Source of the DNA: Eledone cirrhosa | Taxonomy: Eukaryota | Direction of reading: 5' to 3' | DNA length: 64,000 bases | NCBI GenBank assembly: GCA_964016885.1 | Contig: OZ024742.1 | Location: 245,458,001-245,522,000 of the forward strand | Part shown: piece after piece, positions 27,851 to 41,849 of the stretch | How positions within the stretch are numbered: position 1 is the stretch's first letter | Layout: each line of letters begins with the position of its first letter | The notes under the pieces: generated by a model | Database searches by the model: none | What the model was told of the DNA's origin: nothing | The model's input: the letters and a program-made list of their open reading frames with translations, nothing else | Program-made: the position numbers and the translations under genes

Positions 27851-28694
27851 GTGTTGAGCAGTGCATTCTTCCTTAGGGAAGGCCATAGTATTTATTACAG
27901 TCCGTTTATCTCATCCTATGAGTATGTTATCAATTTGGCTTGTGTTCACCTGATTCATATCAGATCAGGTGGCTGGCTGGCTGGCTGGTTTCCTGAAATT
28001 TGTGTTACACACACACAGACAGACATACACACTCACACATACACACATACACATATATATGCACACATTGCATATGCATTATGCAACTAGTGGTGTAGCT
28101 TCCAGGTGTCCCAGAAACTTATCAAAGATTTTTATCAATTTCTATTGATTCTAATCAACTCAAGATGGTCCAGGTTAATCTTCAACCTATTTGTATTTAT
28201 TGTTGTTGTTGTATAAGTATGGCCTCTGCTTTTGATCACTTTTCTATGTGTGACACTTTCTTAACTTTTGTGTCTACTCTGGACGATAATGTATTAACTT
28301 CTCCTTCCATTGAGTGCTTTGTGACTGCCTCAAACAATTCGATTAGTACCTACTATGTTGCAGCTAAAACTTCGATTCATACCTAATATTATATATATAT
28401 ATATATATATCACCATCATCATTATCATTTAATGTCTGTTTTTCTTGCTGGCAGGGGTTGAATTGGTTGCTACAGAACAAATCAGAACTTAATCAGAACC
28501 ATTAATCTCTCAAGCAGGCCACTCTCTACAGAGTGCACTGGGGGCATTGTATCGTGTCACCAACCCTTTTGGCATGGTTTCTACTGCTGGAAACCCTTCC
28601 TAGTACTAACCATGTATTGACTGTATTTTATCATGGTACCAGCACTGTGATGGTGGTGTGAGAAGTAAGAAATATATATGTGTATATATATATA

Positions 28695-29222
28695 TACATG
28701 AATGTATGTATAGTATATTTGGCAATATACTGTATATTTAATTAAAAACATTTTGAAAACCATTCGCTATGAGTTTTAAAGTAGTGACTATGTCACTTAC
28801 TTATTCTCGGCAAAAGCAAAAAAGAGTGATTGACAATCCTGTTTCTCGTTTTGCCAAATATACTATACATACATTCATGTATATATCGCTATTTCAGAGT
28901 ACCAATACTAATGCCTAATTTTTTCTAGATTGACAACCGTTGTTTAATCAGCTCTTAAATATTACTGGAATTCTATAAGAATCCAGCTTCTATAACCCTT
29001 GGCAGAAGCAAAGGAGTGAGTGGTCTTGATAAATGCTAACAAGCGAGAAACAGAGCTGTTAATCACTCTTTGCTTTTGCCGAGAATAAGTGACATAGTCA
29101 CTACTCTAAAACTCATAGCAAATGGTCTTCAAAATGTTTTTAATTAAACATACAGTATATTGCCAAATATATTATACATACATTCATGTATACATTGCTA
29201 TTTCAGAGCTCCAATACTAATA
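28695..29222. repeat. Inverted-plus-direct repeat of an about 300-bp unit (same family as 57228-57645)
   Basis: ttgccaaatatactatacatacattcatg at 28851 and 29160, and reverse-complemented near 28700. Confidence 0.7.
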
Positions 29223-29540
29223 TATATTTATATATATATATATATATACACACATATATGTGCACCCATACACATGTCAAGATAGTGTGAGGCACCCTGC
29301 ATAAAGAGTCAAACACTATTTTTTTCTCTTTTCTTGTATCTTCAATAGACTATTCTTGTAAGGCCAACTTGCAGAGTAAATATGCTTCACTTAGCAGATA
29401 TAATAAGATCAAAACATGTTCATTGCTCTCATCAAATTAACTTATAGACAAAATGCACTCACACTGCATTGTCTGAAAAAGCTTAAATAAGCCAATGCTG
29501 TAGAAGTTATCTCCCTTACTAGCTTTCATAACTGATCAAC

Positions 29541-30782
29541 TCTAAATATATATAATCTCTCTCGATATAAAATTGTCTCTGTCTGACTTTTCCTTATACA
29601 TTCTCAAACAGCTTGACCAAATCAAATCAAATTTTACAAGGTGATAGTATAAGACCTCGGGATTGACAACATGTAATTTTTATTTTCATTTGGATTAAAA
29701 CAATATAACATTTTATCTAAAATAATCTACTATGGTCAACTATAATAAACGGACATTCTATAACACCACGACGACGTAGACGTCACATTTTGTATTTGAG
29801 TGTGTGTGTGTTTGCGCGTTCGTTACATACGTTAGGCCTTAGTAAGTTACATACACACACATCTTCACATAAATACATAATCTGATACACAGGAAATTAA
29901 ACACATACACACACACATCTACGTATGTGATGACTGACAAGTATATGTGTGTGAGTGTATGTGTGTGTGAGTATACCTACATTTCTGTGACGACTGATAT
30001 AACAAACGCTGGGGGGGGGGGACTGTGTGTGTTTGTATGAATGTATGTCTGTGTGTATTTTTTATAAGTGTATGTTTGTGTGAGTGTATGTGTGAGTGTA
30101 TGTGTGCCTGCAGTGCACCTGACGGGCTTCTGCACAGTTCCCGTGTAGAAGCCCATCAATCCAATTCTATTCACAAGATTTGAACTGACTCGTTTATATT
30201 TATATTCTCATACTGTTAAATTAGCTTATATTTGGTTAATTTGCTTATATTAGGTTAATTTACACTGCATACGAAAATAGAGATTAATATATATATTTTT
30301 GGATGTTGATACTTATTTGTTTACAACATTGAAAAAAAATGTCTTTATTCTAAAAATTCCTCTCATACCTACAGTTGTTCCATTTGAATTTAAGAGGCTT
30401 CAGTTTCCAGTCAAACTAAGTTTTGTTATTTCAATTAACAAATCTCAGGGTCAATCCCTCAAGGTAGTTGGACTTGATCTCTCTACTACATGCTTCTCCC
30501 ACGGTCAACTCTATGTTGGCTGTTCACGAGTTGGAAGCAGCAACAATTTATTTATTTAGACACCAACAAAAAGTTACACAATGAATATTGTTTACCCTGA
30601 GGTGCTTCAAGATTGAAAGATTTTCATTTCTAAATTCTATTATCATTACAATTTTGATATTTTAAAAATAAAATATAGATATTTTGAAATAATTATGAGA
30701 AAAAAATGTATCTTCATATTTATTGTTTACTAATCTGAATAAGAACAGCAGTAACTAGGGCAATGCCGGGTCATTCAGCTAG
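29541..30782 (+). mobile_element. Non-autonomous Helitron retaining the Pif1-helicase C-terminus
   Basis: KRLQFPVKLSFVISINKSQGQSL..CFSHGQLYVGCSRV at 30335-30559; 3' end gggcaatgccggg..CTAG|T; TC start near 29541; similar 5' ends at about 23710 and 25600. Confidence 0.8.
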
Positions 30783-31429
30783 TATTGAAATAATTTTATA
30801 TTTTTATTAATTTTATTATCATTTTCACATTCTTTCTCTCTATCGTTATTTCTGTCTCACTCCATTTCTTTCTCTCCCTTTCTCTTTCTAAATGTATGAG
30901 TGTATGTATGAGTGAGCGTGACTATATATGTGTATGTGTGTGGAAATCTAACTATCCACGTACACCTCTACTATAGTTTTCAGAGAGGCTCGGCGGGACA
31001 CAGAATATAACAAGGCGGGCTCTTCGAATGATTTTCGTCAATTTTGCATCTTTTATGTCGCATAGCTCAATTTTTTCGTTGACGGATGTTGCTAATATAG
31101 AGATAATTCAAAAACACCTTATCAATGCAACTTTTGTAAAAGAAATTGTAAAAATATCTTAATTCATTATATAGTTATTGACAGTTATGTTTAGTCTTCA
31201 AAGTTAAATTAGTTTTATTTTTGCCTGTTTAGTTAATATATTCACAGTTGTATAAAAAGAAATATAATACAATGCCTACAGAACGAAAGTACAAACAAAT
31301 TACATATGTATGTCATATAAAATCATGAACAAAAATGATAAAGGAAAGAAATAAGAAAGGAAAAAAGAAAAAAATGGGTGGGGTGAGTAATTCCCCACCA
31401 AGTGGGACAATCGGCAACACCACACGCTT

Positions 31430-32100
31430 TGGAGGTTAATTATAATTATACACTTTCAGGTAAGCCAACACGCTCGCAGCATTACCACGGGTGATGGCGA
31501 GGCTAAGGTGCTGAAATAACCAGGCACTTTCACGGGCATCACCTGACACCTCAGTAAGGCGATCTACCAATGAAGACAAGAACTTCGCTGTCATCGGCCC
31601 GAACGTCTCGAACGTCTCGAACGCCACAGGCTGGAAAAATAATTTTTTGACAAGTCCTGGTATTTCAGAATTTTATTTCGTTCCACAGCGGAAGCAGTGA
31701 CCCCCGCATTCACCGCGGCGTCCATGATGTGGGAGGGGGCAAAAGAGTCACTGACTGTGACGTCCCAGCTGAGGCATCTACCTCTCACCCAGGGACAAAG
31801 GGTAAGACTGTCTGGTCTCTTCCCATCACTTCTGTATAAAACAGGGGATATTACTCGGAGCCAGGACCCGTTTGATGATCAGATTTAGCTCGGTGCGACG
31901 GGCAAAACGACCAGCATTCAGGCGGTAGGACAAACCATGTAAACCTGTGGAGTTGTGGGATCTACCACAGCGGCATCTCAGACCCCAACAGACGTCGGCT
32001 CCCACACGAAGTGCAATGGAGATACGGAGTTCGTCCTGACTGAGAAGGCCACCAATGTTGGCCACAGGCAGGGCATCAGTCCAATCCCCCTGACATTGAC
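31430..32100 (-). mobile_element. CRE-like non-LTR retrotransposon 3' fragment
   Basis: CRCG..GLHGLSY..GRFARRTELN, LSWDVTVSD, ETFGP..LFQHLSLAITRGNAASV. Confidence 0.8.
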
Positions 32101-32994
32101 CAAATCCTCGAGCTCACTGAATATAAGATCGTCGAAGCGTTGGAGAGACGATGAGAATTTGTAAGAGGGACTAACTCTAAGGAAATACAACCACTTAGGG
32201 CTACTTTGAAAACTAAACATAACTATACGTTACAGAGTAAAAGGTATATGTATAAGAGGTTTTATTGATATTTTGATTGGGGTAAGTATAAATTCCACAG
32301 AAATTATGACAAAAAAGAAGATTTAATTGAAAATAATAGACAGTATACATGAAACAAATACTAAAAACGCGGGACATTTTTAAACATACGAAGTAACGCC
32401 GATTTTGGCATGATTGACAAAAAGTCTGAATTACACGGATTTTGTAGTTGAACCATATATCCAATTGAAATATAATTTACAGAATCAATTAACAACATAT
32501 TAATAATGTATCAAATATAAAAAAATATATACAAAACACACATTTATTCCCTTTGATCAGACTGAAAGTTGATAGAGTCAATATTTCACTGTGTGCCGCC
32601 CACATAATTTACATATTTTTACGAAGTTTAAATGATAATGAAAGTTTCGTTTTATCAAGACATTATTTCCAAAATAATAATATTTAAGAAACTATGATGG
32701 CATAAAGAGCTTTTATTGTTTGTTTCCAAAGCAGCCCCAGCTGAGTAGACTGGAGCAACGTCAAATAAAGTGTTTTGCTCAAGGACACAACTTGCCGCCA
32801 TAATAAACCAAACACCCTAACCCTCAAGCCATACGTTTTTACAAAACAATCTAAGTAATCAAAATTAATTATGAAGTAATTATTACGTATTTTCGCAAAG
32901 TTAACTGGAGCATGGTAAACTGTCAGTTTAAAAGACAAACAAGAAAAACAAATCAAGGAAGGCAACTCTTGATAGGTTTCAGGATTAAATCTTG

Positions 32995-33342
32995 CATACA
33001 TACATGGTGGCTGCCAACTCGTTTTCGAGTACGGCCACTACTTTATATCCATGTAGGAGAACTCCTACCGATGCGCTGAACGAGTGTGACTTTTTAGTCC
33101 AGCCAGCGACTTGAAAACTCTGGTACAAACACTACAATTATTGACACATAGTGCTGGGCCCATGGTACCATGTGACGACAAGTGCAGAGAGATCTCCAGA
33201 TATAAAGCAATGCCTGTGCCGTGAAGCTTTTATAGTGAACTGCACAAAGGCACTGCACAAAGCCAGTCCCACTCTCTTAACCAAGATGATATTTACCAAA
33301 AAGAAGAACAAGTCAACATCATTGGATACCATCAGAGTTGCA
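32995..33342 (-). mobile_element. Short bipartite derivative of the adjacent RTE (5' UTR piece joined to 3' tail)
   Basis: 33175-33342 matches 35822-35985; 32995-33050 and 33120-33136 match 33375-33437. Confidence 0.7.
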
Positions 33343-36255
33343 TACATACATACATACATACATACATACATACATACATACATGGTGGCTGCCAACTCGT
33401 TTTCGAGCACGGCCACTACTGGTACAAACACTACACTTGTGGCAATTATTGGCACCATGTGACCCAAGGTATCATGTGAGATCACTACTCGACCTGCATA
33501 CCATTCCACAAACATTACATGTCGTCGTCTGATGAACACTTATAGCTCCACAGGTGCCTGCTTCCCTGTTCTTGTGCACTCTCAGATGACTTACAGGTCT
33601 CACATGTCAGGTCAGGCCGTCTGTCAGTTCCTTCGGGAAGGCCAACATGGATTCCTTTCCGGACATCTCTTTTTAGTGTCGCGTGCTTTCTTCTTGTTTC
33701 CTCAAATAGACTCTTGCCACTAGCCACTGCTTTCCTCCAATGCGATCGGTCGTTAGCGCATGCTTCCCAGTGTTCACAAGGGATGTTACTTTTCTTGAGC
33801 GCCCCCTTGATGCAGTCCTTAAAACGCATCTTCGGTTTGCTCGAGTTCCTTTTTCCCATTTGGAGCTCGCCATAAAGCAGCTGCTTCAGCATTTGCTTGT
33901 CATTCATCCTTACAAGATGGTCTGTCCAGCGCAGCTGATGTTTCAAAATCAAGGACTCGACACTATCACAGCCAATTCTGTCCAGAACCTCGATGTCACT
34001 GACAAACATTTGCCAAGTTACGCCGAGGATCCGACGTAAGCAGTACTGGTGGAACCTCTCAAGTCGCTTCATCCAGAACCAAAGAATGAAGTCGGTGCAA
34101 GAGATTCTCTCCACCGTGCTTCAAGATCTCAGCATACAGCGCATCCAATCCAGGCGACTTTCCACCATTGAGTTTCCAGACAGCACTTTTAACCCCCTCG
34201 ATCGTTGGAGGCTCAGCAAGGATTTCCTTTACTGGCTTATCAGGTATGGACCTGATAAACTCTTCGTCAACCTCTGAATCCCTATTGAGAAGCTCGTCAA
34301 AGTGTTCCCGCCATCTCAACAGGATATCATTGGGATCTCTAAGGAGCTGATTGCCATCCTTTGTCCTAAGAGGCGCAACTGGTGATGTAGATGGTCCATA
34401 CACTTCACGAAGAAGATTATACATTGCCTTAACGTCCTTCACATCCGACGCAAGTTGTATTTCATCGGCTTTGTAATTCCACCACTTATTCTTCATTTCA
34501 CGCAATTTTCGTTGCACATCAGCTTTTACGAGCTTCAACTTATCAGCGATTGCCTTCTGCCGATCGGTGCTTAAATCACTACCAAGCAATGCGGAGTGGA
34601 GCATATGTTTCTCCTCCAAAAGCTTGTCTATAAGCTTGTCATTTTGGTCAAACCAATCCTGATGCTTCTTATCTGTGAATCCAACAACATCAGCACATGC
34701 CCCATAAACTGCCTCCTTAAAGGAAGTCCAGTCATTTCCGCACTCCAACGCATCCATCTTTTTAACCAGATTTTCTCTGACTTCAGGATCCTTCAGACGG
34801 GCAACGTTCAGCCGCTTCGGAATTGATACCCCTCGCCATTTCTCCCTTTTACGAACTACACATCTTGCTCTTGCTCTCACCAGACGATGGTCGGTCCAAC
34901 ACTCTTCCCCACGCATCACACGGACACTGCACAGATCCTGTACATCCCGCCGCCTCACAAGGACATAATCAATCAGGTGCCACTGTTTCGATTCAGGATG
35001 CATCCATGTCGTCTTGTATTTGTCCTTCTGTTGGAACATAGTGCTGCCAATGTACAAGTCCAGCTCAGTGCACATTTGCAATAACAAGAGTCCATTGCCA
35101 TTGCACTTTCCGACCCCATGCTTGCCCAGAGCTCTCCAGGTCTCACAATCACGGCCCACGTGAGCATTAAAATCTCCAAGAATGAAAATGTGTCTGCTGC
35201 AGGCACTTTCCAGACAAGAGACCTTAATTCGTCATAAAAAGCCTGCTTTGCTTCATCAATGCATTCCATAGTTGGTGCATAAGCACCAATCACGGTTGCA
35301 TATCTTCCACCCTCTAGAGGAACTCTCACAGTGATCAGTCTGTCACTAACGCCTGTCGGCAGCTCCTGAAGATGGTCTGTTATAACTGTTTTTATGGCAA
35401 AAGCGACACCAGCTTCCCCCCCCCCCCCCCCCCCCCCACCCCAGAAAAACGTATATCCACCGGATTTCTCTGTGAAATGGCCCTCACCATGAAGTCGAGT
35501 TTCTGAGAGGGCCACAACATCTATATCATAACGCCTGAGGCCCTTGGCAACCAATGCCGATCTTCTTTCAGGCGCTGTACATTTGTTTCAATATCAAGCA
35601 AAGTACGCACATTCCAGCACCCAAAATTGACTGGTTTGCACACAGTAGACTGATGACGACCGGGCCCAGACTGCGGTGCCCTGGGACACCTGCTGGGCCA
35701 GACCCTTTCACATGATGCTGATCCAGAGCCCTTATTGCCATTTACTTCAATTGTGTTAGGTACTTTCATTGTAATGTAGTTTGCCTTTTTAGGCTACGGC
35801 CAGCCAGAGTTCCACATCAAGATGACAAGTGCAGAGAGATCTCCAGATATAAAGCAATACCTGTGCTGTGAAGCTTTTATAGTGAGCAAAGGCACTGCAC
35901 AAAGCCAGTCCCACTCTCTTAACCAAGATGACATTTACCAAAAAGAAGAACAAGTCAACATCAGTGGATACCATCAGGGTTGCAGGTGTTATATCAGAGT
36001 TTTCCTTCTCCTAGAATTCTGCCTTGACAAAGGCTAAGGGGTCATCTCTCCCGGTCATTTTGGATGGCCATTGACTCTTAAGAGCTCCTTTGCCCTTTGA
36101 CAGGTTTTGTTTTTAGTCCTGCAGGATGTCCAAAGTCACCCTCCTCGCCAAGAAACCTTGGTGGGGTTGCCAGTTTAGTCGCCAACGACCCGACCATGGG
36201 ACAGGTTGTACTGGGATACATGTTACCAGTAGCACCAACTGGTGACCTGGCATAA
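33343..36255 (-). mobile_element. RTE-clade LINE with APE endonuclease, RT core internally deleted; (ATGT)n tail
   Basis: FGCWNVRTL, DVVALSETR, IGAYAPT, WHLIDYVLVRR, TDHRLV, GKSPGLD, then jumps to RLERFHQYCLRRILG; RTE-type 5' UTR motif agcctttgtcaaggca..taggagaaggaaaactctg. Confidence 0.9.
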
Positions 36256-36625
36256 ACATACATACATACATACATACATACATACATACATACATACATA
36301 CATGCATACATACATACATACATACATACATACATACATACATACATACATACATACATACATACATACATGTCTTTACGAAGATCCGACTTCCACACTA
36401 ACCTCAAACTGTGATACACCGCTCGGGCTTTGCTCTTCCTCTCTACCATATCACCGTCTGTGTTTACAATCTTTGCTCCCAGATACAGAAGGTCCTCAAC
36501 CAGTTCTAGTGGCTTCCCGCCCACATTCAGAGATGTCAACATGAATGTATTTTTATTTTTATCTAAAGACATTTTTTCCAATCCCAATCCGCCCGTCCTT
36601 TCAATCTATCTTATTTCTCATTCTT

Positions 36626-36661
36626 TCTTCTGATGAAGGACTAGCGTCTGAAACGTTAAGA
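36626..36661 (+). ncRNA. Minimal PLE-type hammerhead ribozyme
   Basis: CTGATGA-A-GGAC tagc GTCT-GAAA-CGTT-aag; better-paired copy at 44110-44145 (-). Confidence 0.5.
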
Positions 36662-36759
36662 CTCTCTTCCCGCTATATCAAGCGTTAACCTAATATATTC
36701 CTTCCATATACTGTACCGATTGTGTTGTTATTTATGTTTACCTTTTACATATATATATA

Positions 36760-36933
<174 letters not shown>

Positions 36934-36966
36934 ATGTGGTTGTGTGTGTGTATATATATATATATA

Positions 36967-36998
<32 letters not shown>

Positions 36999-36999
36999 T

Positions 37000-38563
37000 A
37001 ATAATAATAAATTTGAAGACTAAAATCCAAAGAGGGCTCGATAAGGATAAATATAATCAAATATATAAGAACCGTAGAGCAAATATTTATTAAAATAACA
37101 GATTATAGTTTAAGCAAAGAATCGCTGCTTTCACCCTTAACGGGATCTTCTGAAACTAACAAAGCCAATCTGTAAACGCAGAACTGGATATTTCAAAAAC
37201 CGTTGCAACCGGAGGAAGACAGGAAGACGATACTTTGGTTCGTGGAAACGTTCGCTGGCGAAGAACGGGAAAAAACGAATAATACGTCATTAATAGGAGC
37301 GGTGAAAAACATTTACGCGCAAAGACAGAACCACGTTTATGGTATAAAAGAGGTCGTAGACTAATGTTCTCTTAGGTGGTTCATGGAGACGTTCTCTGGC
37401 AATGAACGGAAAAACGAAGATAATACGTCATATGTGGAGCGTGGAGAACAATAGCACGCAAAGACAAAACCACGTAAATGGTATAGCAGAAGTCGTAGAC
37501 TAAAATTCTAACTAGGAGACCAAATGAATCTCCGCTACAGAGTTAGCTCCCACATCAAGACGTAAAATATCCACGTATAGATCGTACTATCCGTTAGGGT
37601 ATAACGTGGGGCTGTAATACAGGAAAGTTTTGTGCAATTTATGTTTACAAGCCGAAATTGCCTCAGATTTTTTGTTTAAGATGTGGTCTGTGGCGTAGAG
37701 TATTTCCAGGGCCTCAGCGGCGCAGAGGTCACATGGTCTTTTATTTCCGTTATACGATCTAGCCCTAGCAAGGATCTCCCAGTGTAACTTATATTGGGTG
37801 TGGTTGTCTTTTAGACTCCAGATATAAGCTGAAAGTGACGTCATAGTCCTTCTTAGAGGGTAACGAAAAGAGGGTATACATGTAAAGACGCTGCTTGAAA
37901 CTATTGGCGGTTAACCCTATGTAGGCCCTACGGGACGTGGGTGTTACAACCTTACATTTGTAGACAATGTTACTAGAGAGGCATTTCCCGGATAGGGGGC
38001 AATCAGCCCGATTCCTACAATTACAGTTAGTACTAACTACAGGGTTGCACGTGTTCCTACGGCTAGGTAGTTTAGCTAAATTTGAAGCTGTGATGTTATG
38101 TGCAAGGTTAGGAGTCGTAGAGTAAGAAATTTTAATAGTATTTCTATAAAAAATGTTACTATGTTTATGTGTAGGGGGAAAATGCTTCGTAATAAGGGAA
38201 AGAAAGATCTTAGCTAATGGTGTGGCCACCTCCATATTATATGGTGGGTTATACCAACAAATGCGACGGGATCTATTTCTTCTAGGTCTATTTTCGTACT
38301 CTGTATATGCTACCTTATCGACAAATCCACTTCGAGCAAGAGCTTCATTGTAATAAGTGGAATGGTCGTTGAAAATACGCTCGTTGGTGGAAAGACGGGA
38401 AAGCCTCAACGAAACGTTTCTTACCAGGTTCTTGGTTATGCTGGCAGGATGGTTGGAATGCTTACTTATGTAATTAAGCGTATCATTCGGCTTTCTATAC
38501 GGGTAATACAACCCATTCAATAAATTGAGGGTAACGTCGAGGTAATTAACGACCGAGAGATTG
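37000..38563 (-). mobile_element. Penelope-like element family A, left arm of a second inverted pair
   Basis: ORFs 37587-37844 and 37789-38685 (NHPASITKNL, WYNPPYN, SYSTTPNL, CNCRNRADCPLSGKCL, YIGLTAN); about 0.5 kb of 3' UTR missing near 37545. Confidence 0.9.
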
Positions 38564-40160
38564 GCCTCAAATTTAGCTAAACTACCTAGCCGTAGGAACA
38601 CGTGCAACCCTGTAGTTAGTACTAACTGTAATTGTAGGAATCGGGCTGATTGCCCCCTATCCGGGAAATGCCTCTCTAGTAACATTATCTACAAATGTAA
38701 GGTTGTAACACCCACGTCCCGTAGGGCCTACATAGGGTTAACCGCCAATAGATTCAAACAGCGTCTTTACATGCATACCCATTCTTTTCGTTACGCTCTA
38801 AGAAGGAATATGACGTCACTTTCAGCTTATATCTGGAGTCTAAAAGACAACCACACCCAATATAAGTTACACTGGGAGATCCTAGCTAGGGCTAGATCGT
38901 ATAACGGAAATAAAAGACCATGTGACCTCTGCGCCGCTGAGGCCCTGGAAATACTCTACGCCACAGACCACATCTTAAACAAAAAATCTGAGGCAATTTC
39001 GGCTTGTAAACATAAATTGCACAAAACTTTCCTGTATTACAGCCCCACGTTATACCCTAACGGATAGTGCGATCTATACGTGGATATTTTACGTCTTGAT
39101 GTGGGGGCTAAGTATATGTTTTGTTTATTCCTTTACTTATTAGCATAGGTAAGTATATACTACCCGTATGTTTTGTGAAGGTACGTATACCTTCTCGTAC
39201 GTATATTTGATTGTTATGGCGTATAATTTTATATATTCTGGTACATAGGGTTTGGCTATGTGTATACGGGAGTTTTTGCGTCTGTGTGATTATGTAAGTT
39301 CGTACGTATGGTGGGTGTGTGTATATGTGTACTTCATGTTTTGGTTGACTTACGTCTCCGAACATTCGTGTATTTATATGTAGGTATGTGTGTGCGCTTG
39401 TTATATACGTATTTATTTATTTATATACGTTTATATAATTATTTATTTATTTGTATACACGCAAACACACACACACACACACACATATTTATATGTGCGT
39501 GGTTTTGTATACCTATGGTAAGGTTTTGCGTATGCTTGTGTATGTACGTTTTTGTTTGCGTGTATGTATTTATTTATTTCTATTACTTCTGTATTGTATT
39601 TATTTACTTTGTTCTTAACTCTGTAGCGGAGATTCATTTGGTCTCCTAGTTAGAATTTTAGTCTACGACTTCTGCTATACCATTTACGTGGTTTTGTCTT
39701 TGCGTGCTATTGTTCTCCACGCTCCACATATGACGTATTATCTTCGTTTTTCCGTTCATTGCCAGAGAACGTCTCCATGAACCACCTAAGAGAACATTAG
39801 TCTACGACCTCTTTTATACCATAAACGTGGTTCTGTCTTTGCGCGTAAATGTTTTTCACCGCTCCTATTAATGACGTATTATTCGTTTTTTCCCGTTCTT
39901 CGCCAGCGAACGTTTCCACGAACCAAAGTATCGTCTTCCTGTCTTCCTCCGGTTGCAACGGTTTTTGAAATATCCAGTTCTGCGTTTACAGATTGGCTTT
40001 GTTAGTTTCAGAAGATCCCGTTAAGGGTGAAAGCAGCGATTCTTTGCTTAAACTATAATCTGTTATTTTAATAAATATTTGCTCTACGGTTCTTATATAT
40101 TTGATTATATTTATCCTTATCGAGCCCTCTTTGGATTTTAGTCTTCAAATTTATTATTAT

Positions 40161-40165
<5 letters not shown>
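38564..40165 (+). mobile_element. Penelope-like element family A, right arm (intact GIY-YIG frame plus 3' UTR)
   Basis: ORF 38561-39067; terminal about 540 bp is an essentially exact reverse complement of 37000-37545; (TA)n on both outer sides. Confidence 0.9.
40003..40055 (+). ncRNA. Variant type I hammerhead (CAGAAGA core) in the family A 3' terminal region
   Basis: TAGTTT-CAGAAGA-tCCC gttaa GGGt-GAA-AGCAG cgattct TTGCT-T-AAACTA; also at 2346-2398(-), 7384-7435(+), 37105-37158(-), 42869-42922(-), 44534-44585(-). Confidence 0.6.
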
Positions 40166-40197
<32 letters not shown>

Positions 40198-40205
<8 letters not shown>

Positions 40206-41052
40206 TAATTTAATATATCAACTAACATAAGCGCACAGATGCACGCCCATGCTAGCAAATACACAGGTTATGTCATAGTACCTAGGTGGTTCAATGCAGG
40301 AGAATGCAGAACAATAATATAAAAGACGTAAAATAAGAAAATATTTTTTTAAAAAAATTTTTTTAAAAAATCTTTTACTTACTTAAATTTTCACTCCAAC
40401 TAATTAGTTTCTGCAATGGGATAAAGACAGTTACGTAATCCAACTGTCGAGAATTCATTGCGTCATCAGGGAGTCTATTCTCAGTTAAGTCTCCAGGCAA
40501 TGCGCGGACACTGGCGGCTCATATAAAAATAATAATAATTCGGTAGATCGAACAGCTTGCGAGGACTGGATTCTATGTACCGAAATTCTCACTGCTTCAA
40601 GTCAAATGGCCGATTCTAAAGAATCAATCACGTGACACAGAGGCTAGTTAAAAGGAATGGGATGGTAAGATGACTGACGCCTACTAACACCCCAAAAAAA
40701 AGTTTTTTTAGAAGTGGTTTTGGCAAGTTTGCTCGACAAATCAGTGATTTGGAGATAAATATAGATAATTTAATATATCAACTAACATAAGCGCACAGAT
40801 GCACGCCCATGCTAGCAAATACACAGGTTATGTCATAGTACCTAGGTGGTTCAATGCAGGAGAATGCAGAACAATAATATAAAAGACGTAAAATAAGAAA
40901 ATATTTTTTAAAAAAAATTTTTTTTTTAAATCTTTTACTTACTTAAATTTATCCCATTGCAGAAACTAATTAGTTGGAGTGAAAATTTAAGTAAGTAAAA
41001 GATTTTAAAAAAAAATTTTTTTTTTTTAAATATTTTCTTATTTTACGTCTTT
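40198..41052 (-). mobile_element. Non-coding 560-bp-unit HHR element (1.3 tandem units plus a short inverted end)
   Basis: 40201-40390 is repeated at 40761-40950; 40950-41052 is an inverted copy of about 40320-40423; flanked by (TA)n. Confidence 0.7.
40393..40474 (-). ncRNA. Type I hammerhead with branched stem II
   Basis: ACTCC-CTGATGA-cGCAATG..GACAGTT..AACTGTC..CATTGCa-GAA-ACTAATTAGT-T-GGAGT. Confidence 0.75.
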
Positions 41053-41675
41053 TATATATATATATATAGTTACGGCCCTTGCCATTCTGAGTTCGAATCC
41101 CGCCGAGGTTAACTTTGCCTTTCATCCTTACGGGGTCGATAAAATAAAGTACCAGTAATGCACTGGGTAATTGCTGGCCTTGTGCCAAAAGTAGAAACAA
41201 TTAATATAGTCTACCGAAATTTTAAAGCTACCATTTCAGATTCTATCCTGAAACTTATCAAGAGTTGCCTTCCTTGATTTGTTTTTCTTGTTTGTCTTTT
41301 AAACTGACAGTAACCCAACCTCGTTTACCATGCTCCAGTTAACTTTGCGAAAAAACGTAATAATTACTTCGTAATTAATTTTGTTTACTGAGATTGTTTT
41401 GTAAAAACGTATGGCTTGGGGGTTAGGGTGTTTGGTTTATTATCATAAGGTCGTGAATTCGATTCCTAGCAGCAAGTTGTGTCCTTGAGCAAAACACTTT
41501 ATTTGACGTTGCTCCAGTCTACCCAGCTGGCAAAAAAATGACTTGTACCTGTAATTCGAAGAGCCCACCTTGTCACATTCTGTGTACCACTGGGCCTCCC
41601 TGAAAACTATAGTGGAGGTGCACGTGGATATATATATGTCCAAATACACACACGCGTGCGCGCACACACACACAC

Positions 41676-41714
<39 letters not shown>

Positions 41715-41849
41715 TGTTTCTACTTTTGGCACAAGGCCAGCAATTACCCAGTGTATTACTGGTACTTTATTTTATCGACCCCGTAAGGATGAAAGGCAAA
41801 GTTAGCCTCGGCGGGATTTGAACTCAGAATAATAATAATAATAATAATA

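Noticed and set aside
37789-38685. 298-aa ORF as a novel fusion protein
   Set aside because: The N-terminal part is antisense read-through across the PLE inversion junction
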